Assembly: GCA_051599415.1 (NCBI GenBank)
Contig: AP039690.1
Span: forward strand, 248,001-312,000
Origin: Savitreella phatthalungensis
Lineage: Eukaryota
Length of the DNA: 64,000 bases
Reading direction: 5' to 3'
In this document: positions 32,264 to 43,931 of the stretch, in pieces
How the letters are laid out: the number at the start of each line of letters is the position of its first letter
Position numbering within the stretch: the stretch's first letter is position 1
The notes under the pieces: generated by a model
Databases searched by the model: none
Told to the model about the DNA's origin: nothing
The model's input: only the letters and a program-made list of their open reading frames with translations
Made by a program: the position numbers and the translations under genes

Positions 32264-33192
32264 GATATTGAGAAGTGAGAGAAATGAGAGATTGAAGACA
32301 GCCCACGTACTATATACTCATCGCTGCGCAAGGACGCATGACCTTCCCGCCGGCCCAGCTAAGTTTCAGGCATATTAGAGCCGATATCGCGTGGCCGGGG
32401 AAATCTCAGGCAATGATTTTATCTCGAGGCCGCGGTTGTGAACTAGAAATTCGAGCTCGCTCGCATCGTGCTCAAATGCGCAACGACGAGTGGTCAAAAT
32501 CCTTTCGCCGCTTGTGTAAGCCAGCATTCAATTCAATCTAGGCACCCTAGCCGATGTATCTCAGTACATCGACCAATCACAAGTCGAGTCCTGCATCTGT
32601 TGGTCCTCGGTCTTTTCAGTTTCATCATTGTCAATACGGTCGTGGTTCGGCAGACAAGAGCCTCCTCTTCGCTGGTCCGTGGGGGAAAGCTCTGTCCGAG
32701 AGTCCGTACGTGCTACCTCGCCTCAGGGAGCGCATTGTCGAAATTACCCAGTGATGCTCCGACTGCAACTTTACTATATTGAACGGGACAGATGAATCTC
32801 GTCTAACGTGGATAGCATGAGCACTGTTCGCGAGACGGTTTTGCGGCAAGCCCCTCGAGACACGGAAATTCCAGCCGACGGAGGAATTTGCGAGCGATGA
32901 GGCTAGTCGAACCGATGCTGCACCTTACTGGGAAGGAATCAATCTTTGTCTTCGTCTCCTTACGATCGTCAGCATTGCCGCACAGTCATTCTGTCAGATT
33001 TAGACTCAGCCAATCAAATTGTCCACGTGTACTTCGGCCATCGGTCTAGCCGGCAATATCATTTTCGATACAGCTAATTATCGCATATAAGTCATCAATT
33101 ATGCAACTTAGTGTAACTCCATGTACAATCAGCCGATACACTGCTCAGGCACAAGAACCTGCCGTTCATCGCTTAAATTCCGGGTTATTGCT

Positions 33193-34047
33193 TCATTGAG
33201 CGGCGTCAGTGTACGCAGGAGCATTGCTGTGCACATCGATCAGGCTCTCATCGGGCTCCTCGTCAGTCGTCAGTCCTTCCGTCTTGCGATCGCAATCGTT
33301 CTTCTGAAGCTCGGTATGATCAAGTTCAGTGAAATGGTTCGCAAGTGTTCTTCCGCCATTCAGAGAAACCGAAGCATGCTGCTGGTAGAAAGCGTGCTGT
33401 TGGGCGGCTTGTATCGCCTGCATCTGCTGCATGTGCAAGTGCTGTTGATATTGCTGCTGTTGCTGTTGCTGCTGCTGTTGTTGTCCACTGTGACTCTGGG
33501 ACATCGCAAAGGCAGGCATCATGGCCGTCGAATTAGATGGAGACCCATACATGCCTATTGGTATCGGGGAGATCATGTAAGGGTTGACTGCAAACGCGTT
33601 GTTCCCATTCGATAAGTATCCGCGGGACGGTCCTGGCCAGCCGCTACTTGTGGGCGACTGGCCAGGACCTGTCTGCAAGAACATGCCGCCATATACGCCA
33701 GCAGGATCATAAATGCCACTGGGCCCGTGTGCCATCGGATTCAACCCGCTAGCGAGACTAGTCATGCCCGGGCCTGTGTTCACCGGTCGGCGCTTCTCCG
33801 AAGCGAAATCGACTCGGACAACGCGGCCATCGAGCAGTTGACCATCCGTGATTTCCTTTGCTTTCTGCGCGTCCTGCTCTTGCTGGAAACGAACGAAACC
33901 AAAGCCCCTTGATTTCCCTGTCAGCTTATCACGCACAACAATAGCCTCTTCGATTACTCCGTGCTTCGAGAACTCGTCGAAAAGGATAGCGTCGGTTGTG
34001 CCCCAGCTTAAACCACCGACGAAGAGCTTAATGGCGCTCGTCGTCAT
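33193..34047 (-). CDS. RRM RNA-binding protein with a polyQ/low-complexity tail
   Basis: KLFVGGLSW (RNP2), KSRGFGFV (RNP1) and a Q-rich tract. Confidence 0.85.
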   Translation of the reverse strand: MTTSAIKLFVGGLSWGTTDAILFDEFSKHGVIEEAIVVRDKLTGKSRGFGFVRFQQEQDAQKAKEITDGQLLDGRVVRVDFASEKRRPVNTGPGMTSLASGLNPMAHGPSGIYDPAGVYGGMFLQTGPGQSPTSSGWPGPSRGYLSNGNNAFAVNPYMISPIPIGMYGSPSNSTAMMPAFAMSQSHSGQQQQQQQQQQQYQQHLHMQQMQAIQAAQQHAFYQQHASVSLNGGRTLANHFTELDHTELQKNDCDRKTEGLTTDEEPDESLIDVHSNAPAYTDAAQ

Positions 34048-34471
34048 CTTGAGCGCACCTTCAGATCGCCTTATGATGTATTCTCGATGCTCTTCTGCAT
34101 ATTTCCAGGACTTCTCTCCGAATGGTGACCCGCGTCGCACTCGTGCGATACATATGAACGTTCTCTGTCAACGACGTAACCGATGTCGTTGATTCAGCGT
34201 GGCAAGCCCCCGCGCCCCGCACGAGCACTGACGCAAATGGGAGCCAGACAAAGCCTATCCAAGAAATTCCGAATTTATGGCCTATGATTGGATGAGAAAG
34301 CTGTTGTGGCTGGAAGCTGATCGCTGTGAATTGATACTCTGACTGTCATCAGTCTCGATCTCGAATAACTCGATGAAGTCATCCATCGCGATCTTGATCG
34401 TCGTTCACTAATCAGCACGTGAACGAGAAGCACGCCTCCCCACGATTGAGCATAGTATGAGTATCTGTGTC

Positions 34472-36056
34472 CTAGACCTTTCGGCGAAAGATGCAAATAT
34501 GCAACCAAATGAAGACAACCAGGAACGCAGCGGCACAGACACCGACATTAAGCACCACATGCAGATCTGGCTTCCCGCGGATGCTGACGAAGGGCTCAAT
34601 CAGCAGCAGGGTCGTCGCTGCGAACAGGAACAACAGTCGTGGCGCGAATGTCTTCTGTAGAAGAGCGCCGCGGCGTGGTAGGGAGAAGAACAGCCACAAA
34701 GCTGCAACAATGAGGAACTGTATCCGCAGCTTATCCTTGCACATCAGTGGCCACAGAGAATAGAGAACGGCGTCATTGGCGAAGGACACAAGCGCCCAAT
34801 GCTCTTCAGGCGACCATAGGGCGAGCATCGTTGTTGGTAGGATCGGGACGAGCACGGACTTTTCGTGCACCTGAAATGAGAAGAGGAAAAATCCCCAAGC
34901 CGAGGCACTGACAGCTGCGAGAAAATTCCGCGTCGAAGGTCTTGCGAATGCCCAGCATGAGGACGGTAAAATGCTGAGAACGGTCATGGCTAGGCTGGTC
35001 GACAGGGTTAGCTGATCGACATTTACATTGGAAACATCTCTTCTTACCTCAATCTTTGTAGCGTTGCAGGTGTGAAACGTTCTCTCACTTTATAAATCAC
35101 ATTGAAAGCGCACCAAAAGTTGGCGACCTTGTCCTCGAAAAGACCACGATCAAGTGGAAATATCCTGAAGATGACTTGTTGAAAGCCGTCTGCACCACCA
35201 TAGACGAAGAAAGGACCCCAAATGATGGCGAAAGAAGCAATAGTCGTGGTAGCCACCTCGACGAACGCCCGAGGATTCCGGTATGTGTGAGCCAACAGAT
35301 GAGCGAAAACAGGCGGCGCGTAGTATAGGCCCATTTGCTTGAAGGAGAAGCATGCGACGAAGCAAGCGGCTGCCAAGTTCATTCTTCGACGTGCAGCGAA
35401 GACAAGACATGCAACCATAAAACCAAGCATGACACCGTTGTATTGGAAATGGCCGTGATCGATCAACAACAGCGCTGGGTGCAACGCCGTCAAGAGCAAT
35501 AGACCGTGCCTGACATAGGCTTGGTCTTGCAAGCCACAGTACGCTACCAGCGCAGGTAGCAAGACCAGAACGTCCGAGAACACGGCCGTTAGTCGCATGT
35601 AAAGTTTCAAGCCGGAGGATTCGTTTGTACGAGAAAGTACAAGTGCGAACCAGGTTGGATTGATCCATGTTCCTCTTGCTGATTAGTGAACCGAACCAAG
35701 ATTGCACGAGGGCAATGCTTACATTGCGCCAAGAAGCAATGAATGCCACGCAGTCAATGGCGGATAGTCCAGACCCCACCATTGGAGATCGTGATAGTAC
35801 CATTCTTTTATTCGCAGGTGCCGGGTAATCTCAAGCCAGTGCCTCTGCGCTTCGAAATCACCGTGCATGGGCGGTGAACCTTTGCCTGAAATGGTCAGTG
35901 AAGCTCTTCCATTGGCTGTGTAGAACCACCTGAGAAGGGACCAAGGCCGACCAAAAGCCGCGCGACGCATGCAGAGACAATGATTACAAAGCCAGCCCTC
36001 GGCCGATCGAATCTTTCCATGCATTTGGAGAGGCCGAAGAGCCGAGTGTCATGCAT
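34472..36056 (-). CDS. ALG6: Dol-P-Glc alpha-1,3-glucosyltransferase (three introns; start approximate)
   Basis: [50 protein letters not shown] and [13 protein letters not shown] introns at about 35886-35929, 35675-35722 and 34996-35047 restore the frame. Confidence 0.93.
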
Positions 36057-36296
36057 CTTGCAGAAGCACGCCTTGCTAACTTCCGTCTGCAAATACAGCG
36101 GGCGCTTGGTTGGACGAACGCTTTGAGTTCCCGATATACGAATGTTTCGTGCATGCGCTCAGTTAGGATTGCGGTTTTCATTCTCCAGAGTAAATTGATT
36201 GTTCGTGACTGTGCTACGTGCGTATAAATCAGCTCATCAATGCTTGCTGCGAAAGCTATGGTACATGTCGCTAGTGCGCCTTTCCAACCGCGAGAG

Positions 36297-37019
36297 TCAA
36301 ACATTGTGCCAAATGAAATTGCGCAGGCTGTTCCAGTGATCGCTCTGGAGATAAAGGTAGTTCATGCTGTTGCGTAAGCTCGGCTGCACCGTCTCAGGAT
36401 GCCAGCGCCAGAGCCACATAATACTACCCCAGCACACACTCGCAAAGATTGGCCAAGTACGTTCTTTGACTTCATTTGACGCCATATTGGCTCCGAAACC
36501 CTTGCCAGTCTTGTTTGCAGATGCGAGGACTTTGATCGCTGCCAACACTGCGCGCGAGAAGACATACATGACGATCTGCTGATTGACGTTGTTGTTTTCC
36601 CGGAAAATGATGTAGCCGCCGAGCAAGCCAGCCAGGAAAGAATCGAACGCACGCTCTTTCCCGCCGTTCGCGGTCCGCAGAAAAAACATAGTCGTCTTAT
36701 AGATCGTGACGTACTGGGCAAGATTCAGTGCGTGCTGTTTTGTGGCATTGAAGACCAGCCGCAGCTTTTGAGTGATGCTGTCTGTCAGAGATGTGTACAA
36801 GGATTGTCCCAAGGCATGTAACTCACGTGCCACGTTTGAAGAGCACAGTCATGACAAAAGCGTGGGGCGCTCTTATCTTTGCTCCATAGACGAGCCCTGT
36901 CTGTCAGCCGCTTGTCCGTGCAGTAAACTGGTATGAATAGTACCATTGCGAAAGCCTTTGAGTAACGCGAGAATGTCATGATATTGCGGATCTAGCACGA
37001 GCTCGGCGACCCGTTCCAT
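36297..37019 (-). CDS. PXMP4: Peroxisomal membrane protein PXMP4/PMP24 (Tim17 family; two introns)
   Basis: Spliced MERVAELVLDPQYHDILALLKGFRN-GLVYGAKIRAPHAFVM...ATKQHALNLA...NQQIVMYVFSR...SMNYLYLQSDHW. Both introns end in CTGACAGACAG. Confidence 0.9.
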
Positions 37020-37318
37020 GATGTCGCCACCAAAAGCAATTGAGTGTGCTCCGTATTAGAGAGCTGCAAGTTCTAGTATTCGGGCATGGATTTATCTTCA
37101 TACGGGTGGAGAATTCTGACCGTTACGTCGGACACATATGATTCCATCCATGGCGCGCACCGCGATGAGAGAATATTGCTCTAAATTTTGATCTTTAATC
37201 CAATTAAGCTATTCGGGGGTCCAATTTCACATGGATACATGATCAATATCCATACAAACATGATCTCGAGCCGCCATGCGCACATGAATCGTGTCTACCA
37301 CTCTCTATATATCGCGAA

Positions 37319-38323
37319 TCATGCTTCCACAGTCGCCTCGGGCCTCAACGATGCCGTGCCCCCCTGAGAGAGCCACGTGAGGCCCTCTTGCTGTGCATAG
37401 TGCACCTGATTTTCGCTCAAGCGCAGGAGATTGCGAAAGAGCATCAGGATGGTGACCTTGCCTATGGTTGGCACATAGATGGAGGCGTGCTGTTTAACCG
37501 TATCCTTCTCAAAATTTTTTGCCGAGGAGAAGTTTATCGCGACTGCCCCATCTTTGAGAGCTAGAGACGGAAACTTATAAGTTTCGCTTGGCACACCGCA
37601 TATGACTGCATCCGACAACCTTGCTGCTTCCTCCACAGACACACTTACGTCTTCCCAGCGGTGACAGGACAGCTGCAATCGATCACGCGTGTACTTGCGG
37701 ACGCCAGAGACATCACACGAGTAAACGGTCGCTCCATCATTTGCGCAAAGGGCGGCCAGCGGCCGACCAACAATCTCGCTACGATTGACGATCGTGACGG
37801 TTTTTCCGTACAATCGACCTCCTTCCTGTAGCAAAGAATTGTAAACGCCGACAAATTCGAGCGCCTTGACGAGGGCAAGCGGTGTGGCTGGTAAGATCGA
37901 CTTGATTAAGTTTGTTGGCGGATCGAAGAATCGCACATTGGCGTAGAGATTGTCGATAAACACCTTTGAGAAGCCTTCCACGTCCTTGAGCGGAGCGACG
38001 GTCTGCTGTACTCTTGAATCCTGCCGCACATCGTCGAATACCGGCCAATAATTCATGATGCCGTTGACACGCATGTCGGCATTTGCCTCAGCAATGGCAG
38101 CCTCCAACTCGGTCTTTCTGAGTCGCCGAAGCTGGAAATCAATACCTAAAGAGGCGGCCGTCTTACCAGTCCAATCAGCGTACTGCTGAGCAGATGCGTC
38201 ATCGTTAGCGAGAAAGGCCCGTAGCACAGGCGTCTTCCCCAGGCGAGCGATTCCTGAGCCAATCTCGGCCTGGAAAGGCTCGGCGATCTTTGCAGCGGAG
38301 ATGATGCGGCAAATCGAGGACAT
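37319..38323 (-). CDS. MTD1: NAD-dependent methylenetetrahydrofolate dehydrogenase
   Basis: YADWT, KDVEG, SILPATPLA, VNRSEIVGRPLAA and GKVTILMLFRNLLRL. Confidence 0.93.
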   Translation of the reverse strand: MSSICRIISAAKIAEPFQAEIGSGIARLGKTPVLRAFLANDDASAQQYADWTGKTAASLGIDFQLRRLRKTELEAAIAEANADMRVNGIMNYWPVFDDVRQDSRVQQTVAPLKDVEGFSKVFIDNLYANVRFFDPPTNLIKSILPATPLALVKALEFVGVYNSLLQEGGRLYGKTVTIVNRSEIVGRPLAALCANDGATVYSCDVSGVRKYTRDRLQLSCHRWEDVSVSVEEAARLSDAVICGVPSETYKFPSLALKDGAVAINFSSAKNFEKDTVKQHASIYVPTIGKVTILMLFRNLLRLSENQVHYAQQEGLTWLSQGGTASLRPEATVEA

Positions 38324-38624
38324 GTCGAACCCTGTAGACACTGCAGGGTGACTGCAACCTCAAGAGGTCGCGAAGCGAGAATGCCTCGTGACTCAGGCGT
38401 TTCACGATGCCTAAAAGAAAATCTTGCACTGCCTTGTTTAATGCCACGGCTTTATATGTACGAATGATCAATACCACTCACCCGTCTTGATGTGCACAAA
38501 TACCATGCATGCAATGCCTACGCATAACGCGCCAGAAACGGAGTGTGATCGGTTCCAGGCTCTGGAACCGATTCAAAACCAGCCACGCAAAGCATTGCTA
38601 CATTTTGGTCGCGCCCCTGCGAGC

Positions 38625-39002
38625 ATGTCTGATACGGACTGGCCAGAGTCGGATCATGAGGACGGAGCTGTTCATGCGCCAGTAACCCCACGCAAGCGCG
38701 CTGCGCCGGATGGACTACCTAGCCCACCAGACTCGCGCAGCCTCGTCGAGCATGCGAAACGAATCCAGATCTTATCCGTAAATGACACTGCAAAGAAGCA
38801 GCGGGCATTTGAAGCGCTTCTGCGGACACGCGATACGCTCAGAAGAGCTCTTGCTAGTCGCGATCAGAAGATTCTGCATCTCAAGCTACGTGTGTGTCAG
38901 CTCGAAGGCTCAGAAGCGACCTCAGTTTCGACGATTACCTCATTACAGCATGAGCTCAGAACTCTAAAACAAGCGCTCGCGAACGAAAAGGCAAAAGCGT
39001 GA
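38625..39002 (+). CDS. Small coiled-coil hypothetical protein
   Basis: ORF fills the gap between MTD1 and REG1. It has an acidic/Pro N-terminus and a heptad-rich C-terminus; no family recognised. Confidence 0.55.
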   Translation: MSDTDWPESDHEDGAVHAPVTPRKRAAPDGLPSPPDSRSLVEHAKRIQILSVNDTAKKQRAFEALLRTRDTLRRALASRDQKILHLKLRVCQLEGSEATSVSTITSLQHELRTLKQALANEKAKA

Positions 39003-39024
39003 TAAGTACGTGCAACTCTGAGTA

Positions 39025-40233
39025 TCAGTCGGGTTCCCTGCGCCAGCCGGACGCAGACCAGATAACACTGACGAGTTCTCGAGCGCTAGTGACAACGTCG
39101 GCCGCGCGGCCAAGCAGACTTGGCTGCGAGGTGCCAACCAGATCATAATCATAGCCGTCATAATTGGGCAAGATTGTCGAGTCTGCACTGTTGGACCGAC
39201 TCGATCGGGTCGAGATGCCGGGAGGCGACGCACCGTTGTCCTCTACCCTTTCGTGGTGCACTACAGACGAGATTAACGCAGCACCACGCATCCGATCATC
39301 ATCGTGCAAGTCGTCGTGCACAAACGCATTGCCGGACGGTGGACTGCTTGGCATCTTGAGCGTAGTGCTCGGCAACTTGGCGATGTTGACGGGCTGCTTT
39401 GGCGCAGATATGCGCATTATCGGGGCGTCGTCCTCATCATCTGAGGAGCATGAGACATAGTCGTCATCTCCTGGATCTGACTTGACAATCGAAATGCACT
39501 GTTCCACACTCTCATTGAAATGGATGCGCCGACGTGTAGTGTCGGGGCCAGTGTTGTTGCGAAAGTGCTGCTTTTTCACGCCACTTATGGACAGAGCGGA
39601 ATTCGCCGAGTGTGTTCTGATGGCTATGGGCCGCTGCGTAGACGGCCGTGGTGCCTCGTCGGCGGTCTGCGTTGTTGAATCCCTGACAGAAAATGCGGCT
39701 CGAGCGAGCATCATCTCGGAATTCGATCTCTTCTTGAGAATCGGTTTGCTGTTCTGCGATACCTGGTATGATGACGCCGACTCGAGGCGCGGCTTTGCCT
39801 GCGGCCATTCGAGTGAATTCCTTCTGCGTCTCACCTCGTCCATCTGCGCAGCTTGAGAGTCTAAACGCTTTTCGAAGCTCGGACCTCTATGCAGAGGTCC
39901 ATAGAGCCACGTCACGTCACAGTCTTTCAGCCAGTTGAGCGTTTCAGGGGATACAGTCTTCAGATTATTACGCGCTTTCGCCCACGTCCGCCACGAAGCA
40001 TTCTCTAGTCGGGCGCCAGATTGTAGAAATGCCTTCTGCTTCGTGACGTGACGCCAAGATGACCAGATGTCGTTTTCTTGCCATTCATGAGACAGGTAGT
40101 CTACATGCTGATCTGGATCAGCACGAATGCTTGAATCATCTGCTGGACCGGGAGTCGGCGAAAATGATCGCGGCGAGCCCGAGCCCGGGGACTGATCCTC
40201 ATCAGCGTAATCATCATAGTCAAGTATTTCCAT
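39025..40233 (-). CDS. REG1: Reg1-like protein phosphatase 1 regulatory subunit (DUF1752)
   Basis: VDYLSHEW...RLENASWRTW...LNWLKDCDVTWLYGP, KPILKKRS and the PP1-docking motif RIHFNE. Confidence 0.85.
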   Translation of the reverse strand: MEILDYDDYADEDQSPGSGSPRSFSPTPGPADDSSIRADPDQHVDYLSHEWQENDIWSSWRHVTKQKAFLQSGARLENASWRTWAKARNNLKTVSPETLNWLKDCDVTWLYGPLHRGPSFEKRLDSQAAQMDEVRRRRNSLEWPQAKPRLESASSYQVSQNSKPILKKRSNSEMMLARAAFSVRDSTTQTADEAPRPSTQRPIAIRTHSANSALSISGVKKQHFRNNTGPDTTRRRIHFNESVEQCISIVKSDPGDDDYVSCSSDDEDDAPIMRISAPKQPVNIAKLPSTTLKMPSSPPSGNAFVHDDLHDDDRMRGAALISSVVHHERVEDNGASPPGISTRSSRSNSADSTILPNYDGYDYDLVGTSQPSLLGRAADVVTSARELVSVIWSASGWRREPD

Positions 40234-40580
40234 CGATGCAGAGGGCGCAGACCAGATCCCGTTCTGGCAGATGGCGGCGCCTTCGTCTGGAGTCTCCGAG
40301 CGATCGACAGCTATCGCATGATTACAAGCATCTGCGCTGAGCTCGCAAGAGCAGATTGAGAGCCCAATTCTATGTGCTTATGACGGTTGGAATAGATTGA
40401 AACAGGCGATACAAATCACTCGTATGCGTGCGCGTTGACTGTGTGCTGCTTCGGGCCATCAATTGAGTGCGTGCCATCGCCCGACACGTGCCCGGTGCCG
40501 CTGCCACACCTGGACACTGACTCGAGTTATGCGCCACGAAATACGCTTTTATATAGATGCAGAGGAAAAGGGCTGCCAAT

Positions 40581-42926
40581 CTACAGAACCTCCTGGATGA
40601 TGCGGTTGGCTTCGCTGTACACGCTGAGGAGCTTCGAGCACTTGTCACGCTCCTGTGCAACAAATTCATCCTCGTACAGCAGGGAGTCGAAGAGTTCGGA
40701 TTTGTAGAGCACAGATACTAGACGATTCTGGATGTTGCCCTTGACATGATTCACAAGCAGGTGCATGATGGCCTTCGGCACCTGATCCCCGATCGTTTCA
40801 CGCACGATCGAAAAGTAAGAGATGATGAGCTTCTGAATGAGTTCAGTCTCCATACGTTCCTTGTCCGTGAGTTGCGGTTCGCCCAAATTGAGATGATTAT
40901 AGGAAGTATCGAGATCTGAGGTGCCGGACGTGTCGCCTCGAGGGGAGACGGCCGATCGAGCTGCCGCAGACTTCAGCGGGAGAGATGTTGGCACTGAAGG
41001 CAGATTTTTCTGATCGCCAGAGGCGCCTCCGAAGAAGTAAGTCAAGAATCCATCCTGGCCTTGATTGTCAGTTCCGAACGCTTGTCCAATCGCACCTGGT
41101 CGATCGATCGTTTGCACGACAGCCGGCACTGACTGCACTGCTACTCTGGGTGGCAACGTTGGCGTACGATCAAGCAACTGTCTCTCAGCTGTCGGATTGC
41201 GCTCCAGATCAGGAGCTGAGGAGAAGTCTATGTTGTGGCCGCGCCCTTGCTGGCCAGGCACGTTCGCCGCTGTACTACTGGCAGAGTTAGACCGAGCGTG
41301 TAGGACCGCCGACATGGCGCCCGCACCGCCTAAGAAATGGGGGTGATTTGTGTTGATATAGGCCTGCTGGATGTCAACTAGGCTATTGACGTACTCGCTT
41401 GTCGGCAAAAGACGTTCTCGCAAAAGCTCTGAAACGACCTCGATCAAGCGCATCTGCAGTCTTGGATAGCGCGAAAGCTCTGGACCGCCACACGAGTGAC
41501 AGATCTTGATCAACTCATCATAGACAAGTTGCAAGCATCGCTGTGAAGGGTCAGCCAGAAGTTGAATTTGTGGTTTGATGAGCAAGTCGAATGCTTGCTC
41601 GGGCACGAAGAGCGCTGCTCGTGGGCCAGTCGAGTTGCGGATTGCGGTACGAATATCACTGACACTGAGCTCATTGATGGGATCGAGCAGGGACAACGAC
41701 CGCCCGAAAACCTGATCGAAGATGTGGTAGATCCGAGCGCCGCCGGATAGCTGTTTCGTAGAGACCACAGGACCTGTGCCATCAATGCTCGCCACGAAAG
41801 CCGTAGCAAATCGAGTCATCAACTGGAGTATCGTCGACCCTCTGTGTGCCTCGCCCTCCATCGGACCGCCATACGAGGACAGTTCCTGTTGGGTTTGCGC
41901 AATGAGCGTGTTGAGCCTTGCCTTGATGTCGGGCAAACGCTCCCGGATGTGCTGCATCAAGATCGTGTTGAGGGCTCGCGCGAGCACCGGGGTGCCGCAC
42001 TTGTTGCTCATGTTGCGGTACGCCGGATGCGTCTGAAAGAATCGCTCCTCATCCAGCAGCGCCTCATTCAATGGCTTCCCGGCCACGATGTCCTGCTGGC
42101 TGCGGTTGACGCAGCCGATGAAGCCCAGCTTAAGCGGGTATACACGGCCAGTCAGTATGTCAAGAGCGTTTGTGCCCTGATCCATGAGGTCCAGCTTCGT
42201 GAGAACACCAATCGTGCGCTTGCCTTGAGGATCGACTTGTCGGGCGAGCTTGAGACCGTCCGAGTTGACGAGATCAACATTCGCAGGTGAGACAGCCAGA
42301 ATGATGCTGTTCGGTTTCGCGATGTATTCTCGGATGAGGGCAAGAACCTGTCGCTCGATATCGCCGGGTTGGTCGCCGACCGGTATCTTGGTCAAGCCTG
42401 GTAGATCGACCAGCGTCAGGTGCAACACACGGGGGGAGTAGATTTTGAGATGGATCGGCTGCCTGTTGATGCCTTTATTGAGACCTGCGATACGCGATGT
42501 CTCCTGCTGGATCTCAGCACGTACCTGATCAAAGTCAAGGTAACGCTTCTGCGGCAGGTGCAAAAATTCTGCCCATTCGTCTTGAGTCTCTCCTCCGGCC
42601 ACATTGACGAGCTGTAAGATCAGTGGCCTGCGCGTCACGATGCCGGTGCCGCGGGGCAGGAAGTCTCGGCCGACTGCAGGGGTCAGCACTCAGGCGCAAA
42701 GACCAAAGATAGCGAAGTGGGAGGCGTACCGATATTTTCAAGCACGGATGACTTGCCTGAAGACTGAGACCCAACAACCACAACCTGCGGCAGATCGATC
42801 GTGTCTGTGCCGATAGTATTGAATACAAGGTCTTGTAGCTTGTTGACCAGTGGTATAAGATCCTCTGAGGGTTAGTACTAATCTGCTCGCGACCAGTATG
42901 GGGATACTACCAAGCGATTGAGACAT
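40581..42926 (-). CDS. DNM1: Dynamin-related mitochondrial fission GTPase (introns 42865-42910 and 42674-42729)
   Basis: Spliced [24 protein letters not shown]...[39 protein letters not shown] and a GED domain. Confidence 0.95.
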
Positions 42927-43016
42927 AATGTCGAATACGACAAGGGCACGTAACCTCCAGCACTTATATGGTTGATAAATTTAGAACACGCCCAGGCATG
43001 TGATCCATCGGATTAA

Positions 43017-43865
43017 CTATTGTACCTCAAGTTCGTCGTTGTCGTAAGCATTTCGTGAAAGGGTGTCGACAAGCTCTCTGCGCAAGCTTTCCAGAGCCAC
43101 TTCATGAGCGACACGCAGGGCTGAATTGGCAGCCCGATGGGCATTGAGGGCCTCGATGGCAGCTCTATATGCTTCTTCGCGGCCATCCAGATTGCGCCTT
43201 ATATTGACCAGGTCACTGACAAGGCCCGCGATGTCGTCTCTATGCCGCTTAGCCTCCTTGCGATGGGCCTCTTGCAAGACGTCATTTTCGTTCTCAAGCC
43301 TGCCAATCAATGCCTTGTCCATTTCTGTCTGGCGACTGACCGAATCCAACTGCTCCTCAAGCGTGTTGCGCTTCATCACGAGCTCTTGCAGTTCGCACGC
43401 GGTCGTCGAGAGGCGGTCGCGTAGTGAGCGAAGCAATGTATCTGCGCGTTCGAGACTTATAGCCTGACTATCGCCAGCGGAACGCTGCGTTGCCAACGCT
43501 TCTTCGAGGAGAAGTTTCTTGCGCAAAAGCGCGGCCTTCTCTCGGCCTTCGTTCTCCAGTCGTAGGCGCAGCTCGTTATTTGCGCGTTGTAGATTGTCGC
43601 GCTCGACCATCAGCGCCTCTAATTTGCGTGTCGTTATCGTACTGGCCGTTCGTCGGTGTGTGCCGTTCGGAATGTCGCTCAGCACCTCCCCGGCCGTCGA
43701 AAGACATCTGATCGATGGGCTTCGCATCTTGACGCGCACCGAAAGGCTCTCGAGACTGCGCAGCTCACTTGCAGACTCCTTGATTTCTTCGCGCAACCTC
43801 TCTGCTTCGATCGCAGCCGTGTCCCTGGCACTCGACGGTCGCGACGTCATGGTCGTTGTCCTCAT
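43017..43865 (-). CDS. Coiled-coil hypothetical protein (possibly She3-like)
   Basis: 282-aa ORF that is nearly all heptad repeats. The family assignment is tentative. Confidence 0.6.
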   Translation of the reverse strand: MRTTTMTSRPSSARDTAAIEAERLREEIKESASELRSLESLSVRVKMRSPSIRCLSTAGEVLSDIPNGTHRRTASTITTRKLEALMVERDNLQRANNELRLRLENEGREKAALLRKKLLLEEALATQRSAGDSQAISLERADTLLRSLRDRLSTTACELQELVMKRNTLEEQLDSVSRQTEMDKALIGRLENENDVLQEAHRKEAKRHRDDIAGLVSDLVNIRRNLDGREEAYRAAIEALNAHRAANSALRVAHEVALESLRRELVDTLSRNAYDNDELEVQ

Positions 43866-43931
43866 GGATTGTTGGCGCCGCGCCCCTACTTATCAAAATA
43901 GGTTACGCTTAGGCTATTTATTTTTCCGTTG

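Noticed and set aside
32264..33190. Pho4-type CACGTG (33024) upstream of PHO84
   Set aside because: It is a single distant 6-mer, and the motif occurs many times elsewhere in the window.
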